The notes: generated from the sequence alone by a model not told the origin. A DNA stretch of 64,000 nucleotides from Bugula neritina (GCA_964035545.1 OZ037771.1:5117190-5181189); one strand, 5' to 3'. Positions 25,201-40,100 are shown, counted from the stretch's first letter. Translations and numbers: made by a program.

Positions 25201-28200
25201 ACCCCCTTCGCGGTCAGCCGATTTAACGGCTGTGCAATTCCTGCGAAGTCTGGTATGTACTGACGATAGTACCCAACCAGCCCCAGGAACGCCCGCAATT
25301 CAGAGAGGTCGACAGGAACGGCCCAGTCCCTTACGGCCCGTACCTTCTCGGGGTCGGTAGCGACCCCGTCTCGACCAACTACATGGCCCAGGTACTTGAC
25401 CTCGCGTTGCAGTAATGCACACTTCGAGGGCTTCAGCTTCAGGTTAGCAGCTTGGAGTCTGTCGAACACCTCCCTGAGTCGACTGACATGTGTGTCGAAG
25501 TCGGGGGAGATGACGATGACATCATCGAGATATATGAGCAAGGTCTTCCAGTGCAGTCCACTCAGGACCTGCTCCATGAGTCGCTGGAAGGTGGCTGGTG
25601 CGGACATAAGTCCGAATGGCAACACCTTCCATTTCCAGAGCCCATCCCGCGTTATAAACGCGGCCTTGTCCTGTGCTTCAGGACTCAGGGGCACCTGCCA
25701 ATACCCGCTTAACAAGTCCAACGTGCTGAAGAACTTGCTACCAGCTAAGGCATCGAGCGACTCATCTTGCACGGAGTGGAACTTCCCTACTAGAGACCCA
25801 GCCGGTAATTCTACCGGCTCCGTGAAAGGGTTTACGCACTGGACCAGGAACTCCCTCCGCTCATCCAGTCTATTCAGACTGTTAGCGAGCTGGACGCCCC
25901 CCAGTGCACCTTCCACCACTCCGAGTTCGGAGATCTCCCTACAGTTCACTCTGCAGCGAACTGTAGCCCGGGAGCGCCCAGGTACAGTACAGCGCTGTAC
26001 CACCTGCACTCCCCCCACCAAAGGTCGGCCAAATCGGTCGACACAGGCCAGCTCACGCCCCGCCATCACTACTGCCGACTTGCTAAAGTCGATGTAGCAC
26101 CTGTGTCGCTTCAGAAATGGCATGCCCAAGATGGCATCCTCCTTGAGTTGACTGACGATGAAGGTCTCACTGATCATCTGATCACGGACTCTACCAGTCA
26201 ACTGGATTACCCCATAGAAAGGAATACACGACCCGTCCGCCAACGTGCCGTGTTCCCCTCATATGGTTCTAGGCTAGCCCTGTCCTTGGCACTGAGAGTG
26301 TCGAAGAGACGTCGACTCAGTAGATTTGTGGTACACCCAGTATCCAACAGGAATGTGGCAGCTTTACCAGCAATTTTGCCGAGGAGGAAATAGCTGCTTC
26401 CATATGGCTGAGCGCTCACTGAGCGATTTGTCTCTTGAGGCGACACCTCATGTGCATGGAATTGGGGATGCACCTGTGCTTTTCGGTTGCGAGGGGGTCG
26501 TCGACGTTGCATGGGCGGGCAGGGTACGTCTCGGTCTCGCTCACACACGGGCGGCCGAGTGAATTCTCGGACTGATGCTCGTGTGGGCAACCGAGGAAAA
26601 TCCCTGTTGTGCTCCCATTCGTCGTTCACTTCCTCATCAAGCAAACCTTCAAAGCGGTTTTTGAGTGCCCAAGCCGGAGGTATTGGTGGGCCTTGCGGCC
26701 GACTCACTCTCCTTGGGGCTTGCCACTCTGGCGAAGGCGGCCTCCTCACCCGATGGGGTGGGGGCCGTAGCCTTTGCCTTGGGGGGTTAAACTGAGGCCC
26801 ACGGTAGGCGGAAGTTACCATGGGCCGTCGCTGTTTAACCGCCTCCCACTGCCGCGGGGGCAATTTCGTAGGAAGTGCCCACCACTACCACAGCCCCAGC
26901 ATACGGGGCCGCGCCTGTCGGCGACAGCTACCGACGACCTCTTGGGTCTCTCGGCTGTCGCCTGCTGGCGCAGTTGCCTGAACTCGGCGAGCAGTTCTCG
27001 AATCAAGCTCGTGGTTAAGCTAGATTCGTCTGCTGCTGCCGCTGCGACTTGTACAGCTGTCTTCGTTGACGACGTCGACACGTCGTCTGCCCCGACTTGC
27101 TGTACTGTCGCGCCAGGTCGACTTGCACTGTCGGCTTGGAAATAGGCATTCCCAAGCCTTAGAGCTCTCTCCATAGTCTCAACTTCGGCCACCAGCAGAT
27201 GCTGTTTAAGACCGAGGTTGTTAATAGACTGGAGGAATGCATCCAGTGCTAGGCTCTGTCGACCATCGGCAGGCAAGTCGCTGTAAGCAACTTGTGCCAG
27301 TCGTTCGACTACGGTAGCGTGCTCTCGCAGATTGGTCTTAGGATTTCTCCTAAGACTCTGCAGTTGCACGCGAGCATCTCGAGCGGTTAATCCAAACCTA
27401 GCTCGTATTGCTTCAAATATGTCACTGACATTCTGGCTTATCCCATAGGGTTTAGCCGGCCCTGTCAGACACAACCGCAGCTGGATCAGAGTAACCCTGT
27501 TCGGCCATCCGCAGATGTCCGCCACATCACTGAACTCAGTGATGAATTGCTCCACATCTTCTTCTCCAGAGAAGGTGGGAGCCCGCAAGTGGTACCTGTC
27601 CATAGGCAGCGCTGGGCCGCCTATGTGATCCTCCTCCATTGCTGCTGGCTCCTGTCGGGGCGCGTCGACGACTTCGTCGGCCATCTTACTCCCTGACTAG
27701 GGGCATTTGTATTAAGTGAGATCCCACCGCTGCCACCAGTGTAGTGAATTTTGCCAGTTCACTATTATTATTTGTGGGTCTACTTAATCAAAGCCACTGC
27801 GACAGGTTGTTTACGATAAGATACTTTATTATTTACACAAATACAAGAAGGTTATTTACTGCTAGCATGAATAGAAAACGATTACATAATTAGTGAGCTT
27901 TAATACACAACTGTTCTAAATGAAGTCCCAAGCTGCTCTGCCGGCTAGCTACTCAGCGCACTGCAACTACGAGTAGCTAGCTCCACCTGCTATCAATTAG
28001 TGTCACTGTCCTGATTGGTGGCTACTAATGGTGCCACTGCTGTCCATAGTTACACTCCGACAGTGTCGAACTCACAAGATACATAATCAATATAGAGTAA
28101 ACCTTTTCGATTAATACAATAATACTTGCACCACTAAAATCTACCACAGTATTTTGCACTCTCTACATAATAGCTATTCAATAGAAAACAATAACACACT

Positions 28201-30703
28201 GTTATAAGTAATGATCAACAAATATATATCAAAAGTAGATTACAGTAAACGCATAAAACATTCATATATACTAGACCAGCTACCTTTTCTTATAACATAT
28301 CTCAGAGTTGTATGGCTCATGACATCGGAGTTTACATGAATTACGTGTTAGTTCTGATATAAACAGATAAACTTAACATTACCTAACACCTGTATTGAGT
28401 CTGGCGTCCTCATAGAACACTGATAGTTGACGCTATAATCCAGTTCTTGGATATGACTTCTAATAACTGAGCTGTCACTATACATCCATTGCTCACAGAG
28501 CTTCTTTGAAGTTGTCTCCTTATCCGGGGGACTTCTCCATTGAGCTTGCAACACTTCTGTGTTTAACAAAAAAATAAAATTTAGAATAAAACACATTTCA
28601 ATACTTGAAGCTTGAGGTGGCTAGCTTTTTCACAAAGAGAAATTTATTGCTAACATAGGGCAATATATTGTACAATGATTTATAGAAGTTGTCTTACCTC
28701 CATTGCAATATTCATGAAAGCATGGAATTCTAAGAATAGCACAATCTTTACAGAATGTTATGCTTAATGTCAAAGCTGTAACTTGATCCAAGTGGTAGTC
28801 TCGGAATCCATTGTGACAGCAAAGTGGATAGTTGGGCTCATGATACAAATGTGCTTCCCCTGAATACTAAGTTAGACATAGGAAATGTTTATACTAATAG
28901 CTAATTAATAATTGTGGCACAAATGTTGAGGTGTTATGCTGAAACTGGTGAGCGGTAAACTGATGAATCACATGAAAATCATTCTAGCTTTTTATTGTCT
29001 GGCACAAAGTTGGGTGTGTACAGTGTGATGATTCAATTGGAAATATCTGGTGTCTAAAAATATCGATATATGTTTTTCTCTACCAGAATTAGAGATGAGA
29101 TGTCCTGTCATAATATAATGGTCTTTGTTGAGCTGTGTGGTTTATAAGAACTTTATTGTTGAACTTACTTTTACAAGTAAGACATCTGCTTTTATATTAA
29201 ATTGACAAGTCTAGAAAATACTATCACATTCCACACTATGCATGAAATGTGTAGAACAGGCACTATTCATTGGCACGATAAAGAGTGACTAAGAACGTAA
29301 AAAATTATTTCGGAATAATACTTGCAACACATTTGTGTGCCATATACTAATTATAAGTGTAGGCAAAAGAGAGTGATATATATTGTAACAGTTTATAACG
29401 TAAAATTTATGACATGGTCATGTTAAAATTCGAAACTGTTGAAGCATTAAACAGTTTTAGTATCAAGCTAAAATTATTTTAAGTCAACAGCCAAATACAG
29501 TCTCATTTATTTTAAATTTTGCTTAATGAAAAATGCAGAAAAACTGTCTTATGCTCTTGTAATCAAGAAGACAAGCACTGCTAGCTTTTAGAAACAGAGA
29601 AACATCTCTTAGCCTAGGGCCACACGGTGCGTATTTTTGGATGTGAACATTTAAACCACAAGTAGAAAAGGTGTCCACTGTATGCGTTGAGAAAACATTC
29701 GCACTTGTCGCTCAGCATTCTGAACGCAAGTGCGAATCGTCTCTGTCGTCGTCACCTAATTGGCTGGTAGTAATTTAGCGAGCCCAATTCTTTTATTTTA
29801 GTGCTAGATTCCAGTAAATTGCGTTTTCTTAAAAGCGAGTGCGATTTAAAAATGAAAGCTTTATTTATCCCGCATCACTGACGCTACAGTGAACACCTTT
29901 GCTACCTGTGGTTTCAATTTTCGCATGCGAAAATACGCACAGTGTGGCCCTAGGCTAACTTTATCTAGCAACCAGTGGTTGCTATAGTTGATTCTAACAA
30001 ATCATATGTGCACATAATAGACATCATGTCAAGTATGCTGGTTTTACTAGCACAAACAACCACACTGTACAGAGATGTTATTAGACACTCGTATTTGATT
30101 AATATTTTAGTCCTACCTCCACTGATATTTCACAGATGCCAATATTGACTGGACTGTTGGTTCTTAATGCTCTAAACCGTATTTGAAACGCCCAAATACC
30201 ACTAGTTCGGGGGAGAATATTGTAATCGCTTTCTACATTCAACTTGAGTATTCCATACGGACTTTCAAGCTCACCCTCTAAAATTGTAATTCGCAACAAC
30301 TTTGTGATATCCAAATGCTTCAACAGCTAACTGCCAATCAAAACATTGTCTATAAAAGCAAAATTATAATTCTTGCCAAAACTAAGATCCAGAATATCTG
30401 CTTCAATGAATGTGCTATATCAATTAATTAGTTTTGTTGAACAGCTACATGTGACATAATAGTTCTCATATATTATCTTATATTATACCCTGATGCAGTA
30501 ACGTACCAAAAGTAGAGATAAAAGGCAAGTTTCTAGAGACATCATTGAGCACCTTCAGAGTCACACTGTATGGTATGTTCCTAGTGTTCAGGAATAGATG
30601 TAAGCTTATAATGTCTGTATATTTGAAGAATGACAGAGAGAATAGATTTCCAGATGAGCACTGTAGGATAAATATAAACAGTTATTATTATCATTTCTAT
30701 TAG

Positions 30704-30793
<90 letters not shown>

Positions 30794-31132
30794 ATATATA
30801 TATATATAATACCGATAATAATATAATAATAATAATATATATCGCGATATATATTATTATACTCACTGCTGGATCATCATCCAATGAGTAAGCATCTGTG
30901 AGTCCATCAACTGGTTCATTCACTCGACTACCACCAGTTCTAATCAATGGTAAATTATCATCATAGTTAGGATAAGCGAGTCTTACAACAATGTCACACA
31001 CTGTCCAGGGCTCAACAGTGGTAGAACAACTGCCTGGTGATTCACATGGTGCAGTACGATGTATGATGTTGACATACTTTCCAAGGAGGCCTTCTTTTCT
31101 AGGTAAATCTACGGACAAAGCACATTAAGATC

Positions 31133-31185
<53 letters not shown>

Positions 31186-34100
31186 ATACATATAAAAATA
31201 AAACAATAATATGATTGTGACTGTGGATTTAGTAGAGGCTATTAGCTGTGTGATACTTTTATTTTATACTCCAAGAAAAAAAAGCAGAAAATATCGGTAG
31301 TGGTATTTTTGTATATAAAACATATAACATCTCATGTTGAAAAACGACTAGTTAATAATTGAAGCCCATGACAGTCTACCTCACTCCCTCAATAACAGCA
31401 ATGTATCGCAAGACTTTATATAAACTAATAACAGTATAATATATGGTTTATTATTATACACTCAAAAGTCTCATAGCTTGTAAATTTCTAGATAGCTAAA
31501 AGTTGTAATAGCACCATATTGAAGTATAATGCCAGAAATTCTTCCAGGTATGCAATGAGCAGCAGAAAAATAGTAATATTAGCCTACTGTAGGGGTAAGG
31601 GGGGCACAATTGACATAGGGATACAATAAGCTGGTCAAATTGCGAGAGCGCTCCTTGACTTAGAGTTATGATTTTGTCTTTAATAAAAAAACAATGTCAT
31701 AATTATTCAGCCATAGCTGAAAATACAATGCATTGTATTTTCAACACTTGCGGTGTATACATGTTGAAGAGGCGAGTCAAAAAGTGTCTTTACCCACATT
31801 TTGTAAATTTTTTAAGATGTCATTAAAGCTTTATAACTTTTTACACTCAAAGGTGACACGCCTAGTTTTCACTGACATTGTTTTCATTGCTTGTCTTTAC
31901 ATTGCCTAACTAGTATATAATAGTAAATTTCAAAATAATTTTTTTTGAGCTATATTTATCTTTGACTTGACCACATGAGGCACAATGGGCCACACTGATT
32001 GGGGCACAATGGGCCACCTGACCATTGCACCCTAATCACTGTTATTAGTTTGTTTGCCCAAAAAATTAGTTGAAATGATAGTAAAATCCATAGATATAGC
32101 CATTTCTGACCATCAATTTTTGTAAAATATGAAAGACATTATGATAAGAGTACCAAACTACAAGGTTAAGCTGCCCTCATATACATCTGGTGAAGTTATA
32201 GCTTTGCCATTTTATACATCATACAAAATACTCTGCTGTTGCTACTAAGAACTAGTTATGATATTTATTATACATTATATTATTGAGAGAATATACAAGT
32301 ATTTAATTAAAGTAAATTGTGATTTGCTTATTTTCTCCCCCCTCCCTTCCGCATTCCAGCCACAAACTTTAGCTGTGGTTCGTAGAAAAAAATTCACCCA
32401 GAATTTTGTAGTGCATGTTACTAAAGTTTTTTTCTAATGAAAATTCCTGTGAGTTGGAAATAGAAAAACCCATGTTTAGTTCTAAACTTTAGCTGTGGTT
32501 CATAGAAAAAAATCCACCCAGAATTTTGTAGTGCATGTTACTAAAGTTTTTTTCTAATGAAAATTCCTGTGAGTTAGAAATAGAAAAAAAACCATGTTTA
32601 GTTCTAAACAGTATCATAACGGCACTGTAGAAATGTGTGATGTGCGTTGATTTTGCCTACCCTGCTACCTGTGGTGGCACAAAGTGTGCAGCTAAAACAT
32701 GATTTTTTCTGTAGATCTGAAAGATTATTTTTATTCCTTTGTATATATTAAATAAATAAAAATCAGACGCAACAAAATCAGCAAAGTTTCAATATATTTG
32801 TTGTGTCCCACCCAGTGGCCCATTTTACATAGGTACTGGTGCACAATGGGCCAGGTTTTTCGTCATGAAAACTTTGTTATTCCGAAGGTTGTGTAAGAGA
32901 TAGAAACAACAAACTGATACCTATAATAGACAACTGGTGTAGCATTTAGACTAGAGATTATTGAACTAGTAACCTAAAAACAGATGAACGAGTGCAAACA
33001 ACTCAAAGTTTGGCCCATTGTGCCTCCCCCTCCCCTCCTCCCCCGTTACCTTTATTATCTATATTCTAGTGGCTGCCAATCTGTTACTAACTAATTTGGA
33101 TGCAATGTAAGTAAATAAGTTAGGAATTTTATCATTATAGTAAAAATACCATCAACTAAGTTAGTTTGAGTTTCATAATGTACCAACACTAAAAACCTGT
33201 CTATTTGATAGCAGTAGCTTATACAAACAGAGTAACAGATTTCCTGTTTTAAGCTGTGAAAGTTTAAAATAAGTAATTTTTAGCTTCAACGTCAAATAAT
33301 GGTGGCATAATGTTTAGAGTTCTAAAAAGTCAAAAATTCACTTATTATTGTATCTCATACGCTCATATAATAAAGTGAATTTTTGACCATTTAACACTCT
33401 ATATATGCAATACCATTTTCTGATATGAAAGAAAAAATTAAAATTATGTTCTTTGCTTGAACCTTGTAAAACAACTCTCTTATTTTAGTCAGATGCAAAC
33501 TTTAGAAATTAATTAATATTCTTGACCTGTATGTGTAATTGTCATCATTTTTGTTGTACATTCACATGAAATAAGACAAAGATATCTTATATATTAAAAG
33601 AACCTTCAATGGGTTGGAGAGACTGGATATACTTGGCATCTGTCACATCTTCGTAGTCGTGATTATCTGATATCTGTGCTTCTAAGAAGACTTCCATCTC
33701 AAACAAGTTGTCGGTATACGATGAAGCTCTGCATGGGACTTGGAAAAGTTTTTGTTGGATGAGGGTTTTTCTAAAATAAATTTGAATAGCAATACTTATA
33801 ATTGTATACATTGTGATGTTTTAACATTCTAGTATGAAGAAACAGGCAAAGTTTATATGGCACATCATATTATTGCCTGGTGTAAGTGAACAGGTGAAAT
33901 ATCTATGATATATCATATTACCTGCTGTTAACATTTAGGTAGATGCCAGCAAAAACACTGTCGATACTAAACTTCAGGTCTAATTGCACGCTATTCAAGA
34001 GTTGTGCCAGTTCTGTATTAGAAAAGGGTAGTGGCAGCGTTGCAACAAGTTTTGTGTTTAAGTAAAGAAATGCAGAGGCATTATCTCGGTGAACTGCCAA

Positions 34101-37100
34101 ACACACGTGACACAGATTTCTCGCTGTTAAGTTGCCTTGACCATGTGATTTCTTTATTTCGTTTAGTTTATTTATCAGCAGAGTGACCTTTTGTTGTGAG
34201 CAGTCTAGTGTGACTGAGAGCTGAATATCTGTGAAAAGTTCAAACATGAATTATTAAAACGTTTAGATTGTTATATTGTTATATTATATTATATTATTAT
34301 ATTATTTTGCATTACATTATATTACAATATATTATATTATGTTATGTTATGTTATGTTATGTTATGTTATGTTATGTTATGTTATGTTATGTTATGTTAT
34401 GTTATGTTATGTTATGTTATGTTATGTTATGTTATGTTATGTTATGTTATGTTATGTTATGTTATGTTATGTTATGTTATGTTATACATATATTATACAC
34501 ATACTTAATTGAGAAGGTTGGGCTCTGTTTGTGATAATTAAGTGTGTGTGAGATAACTTGGAGGACCAGTAACACAGAGAGATGTTACCAACTGGACCGT
34601 TATGGTAGGCCTGGTGGATAAAAGAAGGGTTTGTCACTTTTATCTCCAGCATACTTTTACACTCCTCCCAATGAGTGGCTAAATTGTGAGTTAAAATCAT
34701 AAATAAATAAATACATATAGTATCTGTAAGCAATCTGTCTTACAAGTAAGTTAATTTTTAAAATAATTCATTAGACAGAAATCCTTAGATATTATGAGCT
34801 TTGAAATGAGAGGTAATGGCAACTAGTCCCATTACGTATGCAAAAAGTTTAGCTATTTTAAGAAACATAATATACTATCTCTCTCGAATTATGCATTTTA
34901 GAAATTTTCTCTCCCATAGTAAACTTATAGCAAACTTAATAATATATATTGATTGTTGAATTTATTGTAGAGTTTAGCATTGAATCCGATTCAACTAAAA
35001 AAAGTATTGCATAAATATCACGCAGCTAAAATATTATATACGAAGTATTTTGTAGTACATAACACAGTGTAGACTGTAGAGTGTGAATGTTCAGTGAACT
35101 ATATTTGGTTACTATAAACACCGTTGTGCCTATAGTGTATAACTTTATACTAACTGTATAAGTATACACAGTATACCATGATTTTAATTTGTAAATAATA
35201 TAGACTATTCATGTGTAACTTGATAATAGCACTTAAGGAGAAAGTACATATTATGTCAATACAGTAGACAGTGTCTGTAGGTACAAAACTTGATAATTTA
35301 ATAGACAGATACTTACATGGTTTTATACAGTTGTAATAAATGTCTGGAAGAAGAGGCATTGTGGGACAGCCTACCATTATAGAAGGTAAATTTACCACTG
35401 AAACTCCCATACCATTTATATGTTTCATTAGTTTTCTTAGTTTAATTTGGTCAGAACTTCTTAAGGGTGAAGTCTACAAGGTATTATATTGTCATAATAT
35501 TATATTACTTATAGCATGGAAAGTGTAATATGATAACTAATATATAGTATTAGACAGTTGACACATTATATATAGACATGTGACACAGTATATATAGACA
35601 GCTGACACAGTATATAAAGACAGCTGAAATTGTATAGAGAGACAGTATATAGACACAGTATATGTAGACAGCTGAAACAGTATATAGACACAGTATATAG
35701 AGACAGTATATAGAGACAGTATACATAGACTGTATATGGACACAGTATATAATTATATAGACAGCTGACACAGTATATATAGACAGCTAATATATAGAGT
35801 ATATGCACTGCATCAGATAACTATTAAGTAAAACAAATAATTGTTATTGTGGCTCAAAAGAATAAGGATTTCTGCTGTATAGACACTCACCTTACAACTT
35901 AATTCCATGACTTGTATGAAGTAACCCTGTGGACAGCTGAAGTAAACTGTTACATTATTATCCATCAACTGAGGCTTATAACCTGAAATCACACACAATA
36001 GGCATGTATCAGTTAGCTATTAGTCAGTTAGTTAGTAGCTGCTGTTAACTGCTCACAGTCTAATAACCTGAGTTTATACATGTTAACCTTGACCCTACAC
36101 TCGCAGTCTGAACAGCACTATTGTACATTGTACAAGGTGCTTAGATATAGCCATGTGCTTCGAATGTTTCTTACATTCACAAGGTTTTGAGCATACCATG
36201 GAGTATAATCAACTTTTTTATAAAATAGTTGAAGGTAAAAATGCATGTGTTTCATGGAATAAATGTGTTTATATCAACTTTATATAAAAATTTTCAGAAA
36301 ACTGTTGCAAAATAAAAGCAATTTTTCACCAACACTAGAAGTGTATATATATAAGCCAAGATAATTTTTTTTTGTTTTACTCTATTATTTTAATGTGGCA
36401 GAGGTTTGAAATTCATATAATGTTTACTAAGAATAGTTTTTGTGCTTCTTTTCCGTACATGCAAGAGCTAGGAATGCTTATCAAATGCTATTTATATGCC
36501 TACCTATGAATATTATGTAGATTCTAAATTTTGATACCTACGACTCTATTTAGATGTCATTTATATTATATAACTATACTGAATATTTAGATGTCATTTA
36601 TATTATAATTATATAACTATACTGAATATTTAGATGTTATCTATATAACTATATGGTGAGTATGTAGATGATATTTATATAACTATACTGAATCTGTAGA
36701 AGCTATTTATATAACTATAGTGAAAATGTAGATAGTATTTATATAACCATAATGAATATAAAGAAGCTATTCATGTAGCTATAGTAAATATTTAGAAGTT
36801 ATTGATATTATAATAAAGACTCTGTAGGTTCTCACCTTTCAAACTAACAAATGACTGAGCCTGAGACCTTTCACCATCTGGTCTTATAGCCTCTCTACAT
36901 GGAACCACAGTTCTTCTCACTCCATTAGTTGACCAAATACTACCTCCAAGACCTAAACATACAGCAATGTATCTGTACTGCATAATATGTAAACAGGAAT
37001 AACTATTGCTTACTTTTATCTGCATAATCTACATAAGTTTGTCAAAAAACAACATTCCTGTGTACAGTTACAATTTCTCTCAATCAAAAAGTAGTAAAAT

Positions 37101-40100
37101 AAATAAAGTTTGTATAGTTTAACAAGTTTTAAGTTGATCGCATTATGCAGTTATAGTAAAATATATGAGTTTAAAAACTTCTTTTCCTTTTATATTTGAG
37201 TCTGTGCACCAAAATGAAAATATATTTAGGTATAAGTGGTTTTTCTACTTTATATTAGCTGTGGTATACAGTAATACACATGACTGTAGTATAGTAATAC
37301 ACAGTTGCAGTATAGTAATATGCAGTTACAGTATAGTGATACACAGCTGTAGCATATTATAGTAATTTATACAGAGCTCTAGTATATAGTAATACACAGT
37401 TTTAGTATATTCAGTAATATACAGCTTATAGTATAATAATATACACAGCTGTAGTATATAGTAATAAACAGCTGTAGTATAGTGATACACAACTGTAGTA
37501 TAATATTGTACAGCTGAAATTTATTTTTGTTATACTACTGTGATAAATTGCAGGTTATTTTCTATTCTTTGCAGGAAATGTTATACTTCTAAATAATTGT
37601 TGCAAAGTAAAATATTTGATGAGCATGTATAACTCTTCTTTTTACTATATTTACCACTCTATATTAAACAGCTGCAGTATATAACGCAATTATAGTACAA
37701 CAGAAGTAAACATAGAAACATACCAAGTTATAATATTATACAAGTTACCGCATAGATTTGTAGAATTTATAGCTAGCTTATAATGATGTAGCTCAACTTT
37801 GCTGTAGTCTGTGCTCTCCATAAGCCAGTGTATTTGAAATAGACCAACGTGGACTGTGTATAGAAAACCATTAGCTACAATATAGAGTATTCAGCATAAT
37901 TTTTACATTACATGCTCAACAACCATCATACTTTATACAAAAAGGAAACATGAAGATTGAGGTGGCAACTTGAAATACTTTTAGGAACAAATTTTGCCTC
38001 TAATAGATACATTTGCATACATTATCTGATAATATATTCATTTGCATACATTATCTGATAATATACTCATTGCATATTTATATGGCAGCTTTTTCTCAGT
38101 GTTAAACCATGCCAATACATACTATGCATTATAATAATATATATAACACAGAGACATGTACTGGTATTCAACGGTACGTGAGCTGATGAAGTGTAACTTA
38201 CCCTCTACCTCAACCTGGTTTATGACTCCCATCCTAGGCAACTGTAGACAAGCCCACTGTACTCTATAGATAGCTGGCTCTAGAGAGTTGAATATCATAG
38301 GACTTGGTAAAGAAGGCTTAATCTCTAAACTGTCAGTCACCTGCAGACACTTGTTATTGCTGTTATGAGAGTCTATCAACTCTTCAATACGGCTGTAGTC
38401 ACTAACTCCAAGAGCCTGCAGGGGCCACTCTGCTGTGATTGGATTTACCTTACCTATATAAGTAGTATGTAACATGGACGTTTACTCCGTCTATTTTTTC
38501 TGCACCAAACCCAACTGCCAACAGGTAATTCATTTAAACCACTTTCACCTTTTATATGATTTTTCACCATAAAGGTAAATAGGCTACATAGTTTTATTAT
38601 TGCTCTGTGATAATAAATATATTTCACTTCTGCTGTTCAAAAGTGATTGTATTCTAGCTTTGAATCCTTAAGCGAATACAGCTTTGTTATATAGAAAAAC
38701 TTCACATTTCAACAGCAAAATTCAATAAAAAATTTAAATCAAAACAGTTTTATTTTAAATCTAGGTATAGCCCAATGCCTAAAAGTCAAGTTTGGACAAA
38801 GTGTAACACTTTTGCCCACAAGAACTTTTCAATCCACAAAACTATCTGTCAAACTTTTAATTTCAAGTTGCTCCTAATAGTCACTATACAACATCAAGTA
38901 TAGTACTCTGTTTGTTATAAGTACATAAGTTTATGATTTTCTTGCAATTAATTCGACACTATAAATAGCTTCTATTGAAATAAAATTATATGGTACGGTG
39001 TACAAGTGTAGAGCTAACAAGTCTAGCTCAGGCTGCTGAGTGCAAAATGATTTCTGGCCAACTAGGAATTCTAAAAAACATTTTCAACAAAGGCAGTTAT
39101 CTCCTCAATAGCTAAAGCAGTTGATCTCAATCAAGTCAAGCTTTAGCCAAAGAATTAGAAATGTATTTAAAAAAAGATTAACAACATTGAAATTGTTTGC
39201 TTTTGAGTCTCCGTCAACAGAGGAAAAGTTAATCAATGACTTAATTTCAAGTGTTCATTGTTTGCTTCTATTTTAAAAGATATTACGCCTGAGTATTTTA
39301 ATGCTGGAGATTTAGTGCTCCTTAAGAAGCTTATCCACATCAAAAAATCTTTTGGAGAACATGGCTGGTAAAAATATGCCATTACAAAAACAAAAATTAT
39401 GAAAAAAGAGACATAAAGATGTCATTACATTATAAATATTTTCTTAGCAAATTTTGTGTATTCAATAGAAATAGGGGAATGATTTGCCTAACGATTGCTT
39501 GAAATTGCGCTACCTTACATTATACCTTATGCACTACACTACACTGTACTGTGCTGTACTGTAGTGCAATGAAATGTAAAGCACTACATAGCACTGTAAA
39601 ACACTGTGCTACACTAGATTTCACCCTACTGTACTCCACATTAAGAAATTTACTTAACACACATGGCTGATGAAATGAGTCCTCAAAAAGCATAATTATA
39701 TAAAGAAAGACACATTAAAGACTTCATCACACCATAAGCTTTTTCTAGCGAAATTTTTGTGTTCAACAGAAATCGAAAGGTTTTTTGCTTGAACTTTGGT
39801 AGTTTGACTTTATTAGCTGTTTCATTGCACTACATTACATTTCACAATTTTATGCTTTACATTGTACTATGGTGTACTGCACTGCAGTGTACAGTACTGT
39901 AGTGCACTACATTACACTACATTGCATTGCACTTTACTGGTTCATTATGAGGTGAAAGACTACACTTCTAACTATTGAATACCAAATTCAAATTTTGTAT
40001 TGTGAGGTATTGTGAGCCAATAGGTGAAATTTTAAAAATCTGTAATGGATGTCTAGTAATGTAAAAGAAAAACATCAGCTTGTGATATGCTACTTAAAAC

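Larger units (their letters stand above)
20973..28148 (-). mobile_element. Ty3/Gypsy LTR retrotransposon, defective pol, recent insertion
   Basis: Two 409-bp TG..CA LTRs, 4-bp TSD GTAT (20969-20972 and 28149-28152), PBS, and gag-PR-RT-RH-IN domain order. Confidence 0.97.

Noticed and set aside
25396-26097. 233-aa plus-strand ORF and other short plus ORFs across 22900-27150
   Set aside because: Antisense shadows of GC-rich gag/pol; no recognisable motifs
28950-28995. CTGATGA..GAAA hammerhead-like core
   Set aside because: Stem I cannot form and stems II/III are marginal
33300-33420. 15-bp perfect hairpin GTCAAAAATTCACTT/AAGTGAATTTTTGAC as a miRNA candidate
   Set aside because: AT-rich and lies at the centre of a longer degenerate foldback, so most likely an old MITE
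34268-34534. CYVML-repeat ORFs and similar Cys/Tyr-rich ORFs at 35537-35808, 46533-47024, 52433-52720, 57351-57710 and 62934-63321
   Set aside because: All are translations of mini/microsatellites, not metallothionein-like or multiheme proteins
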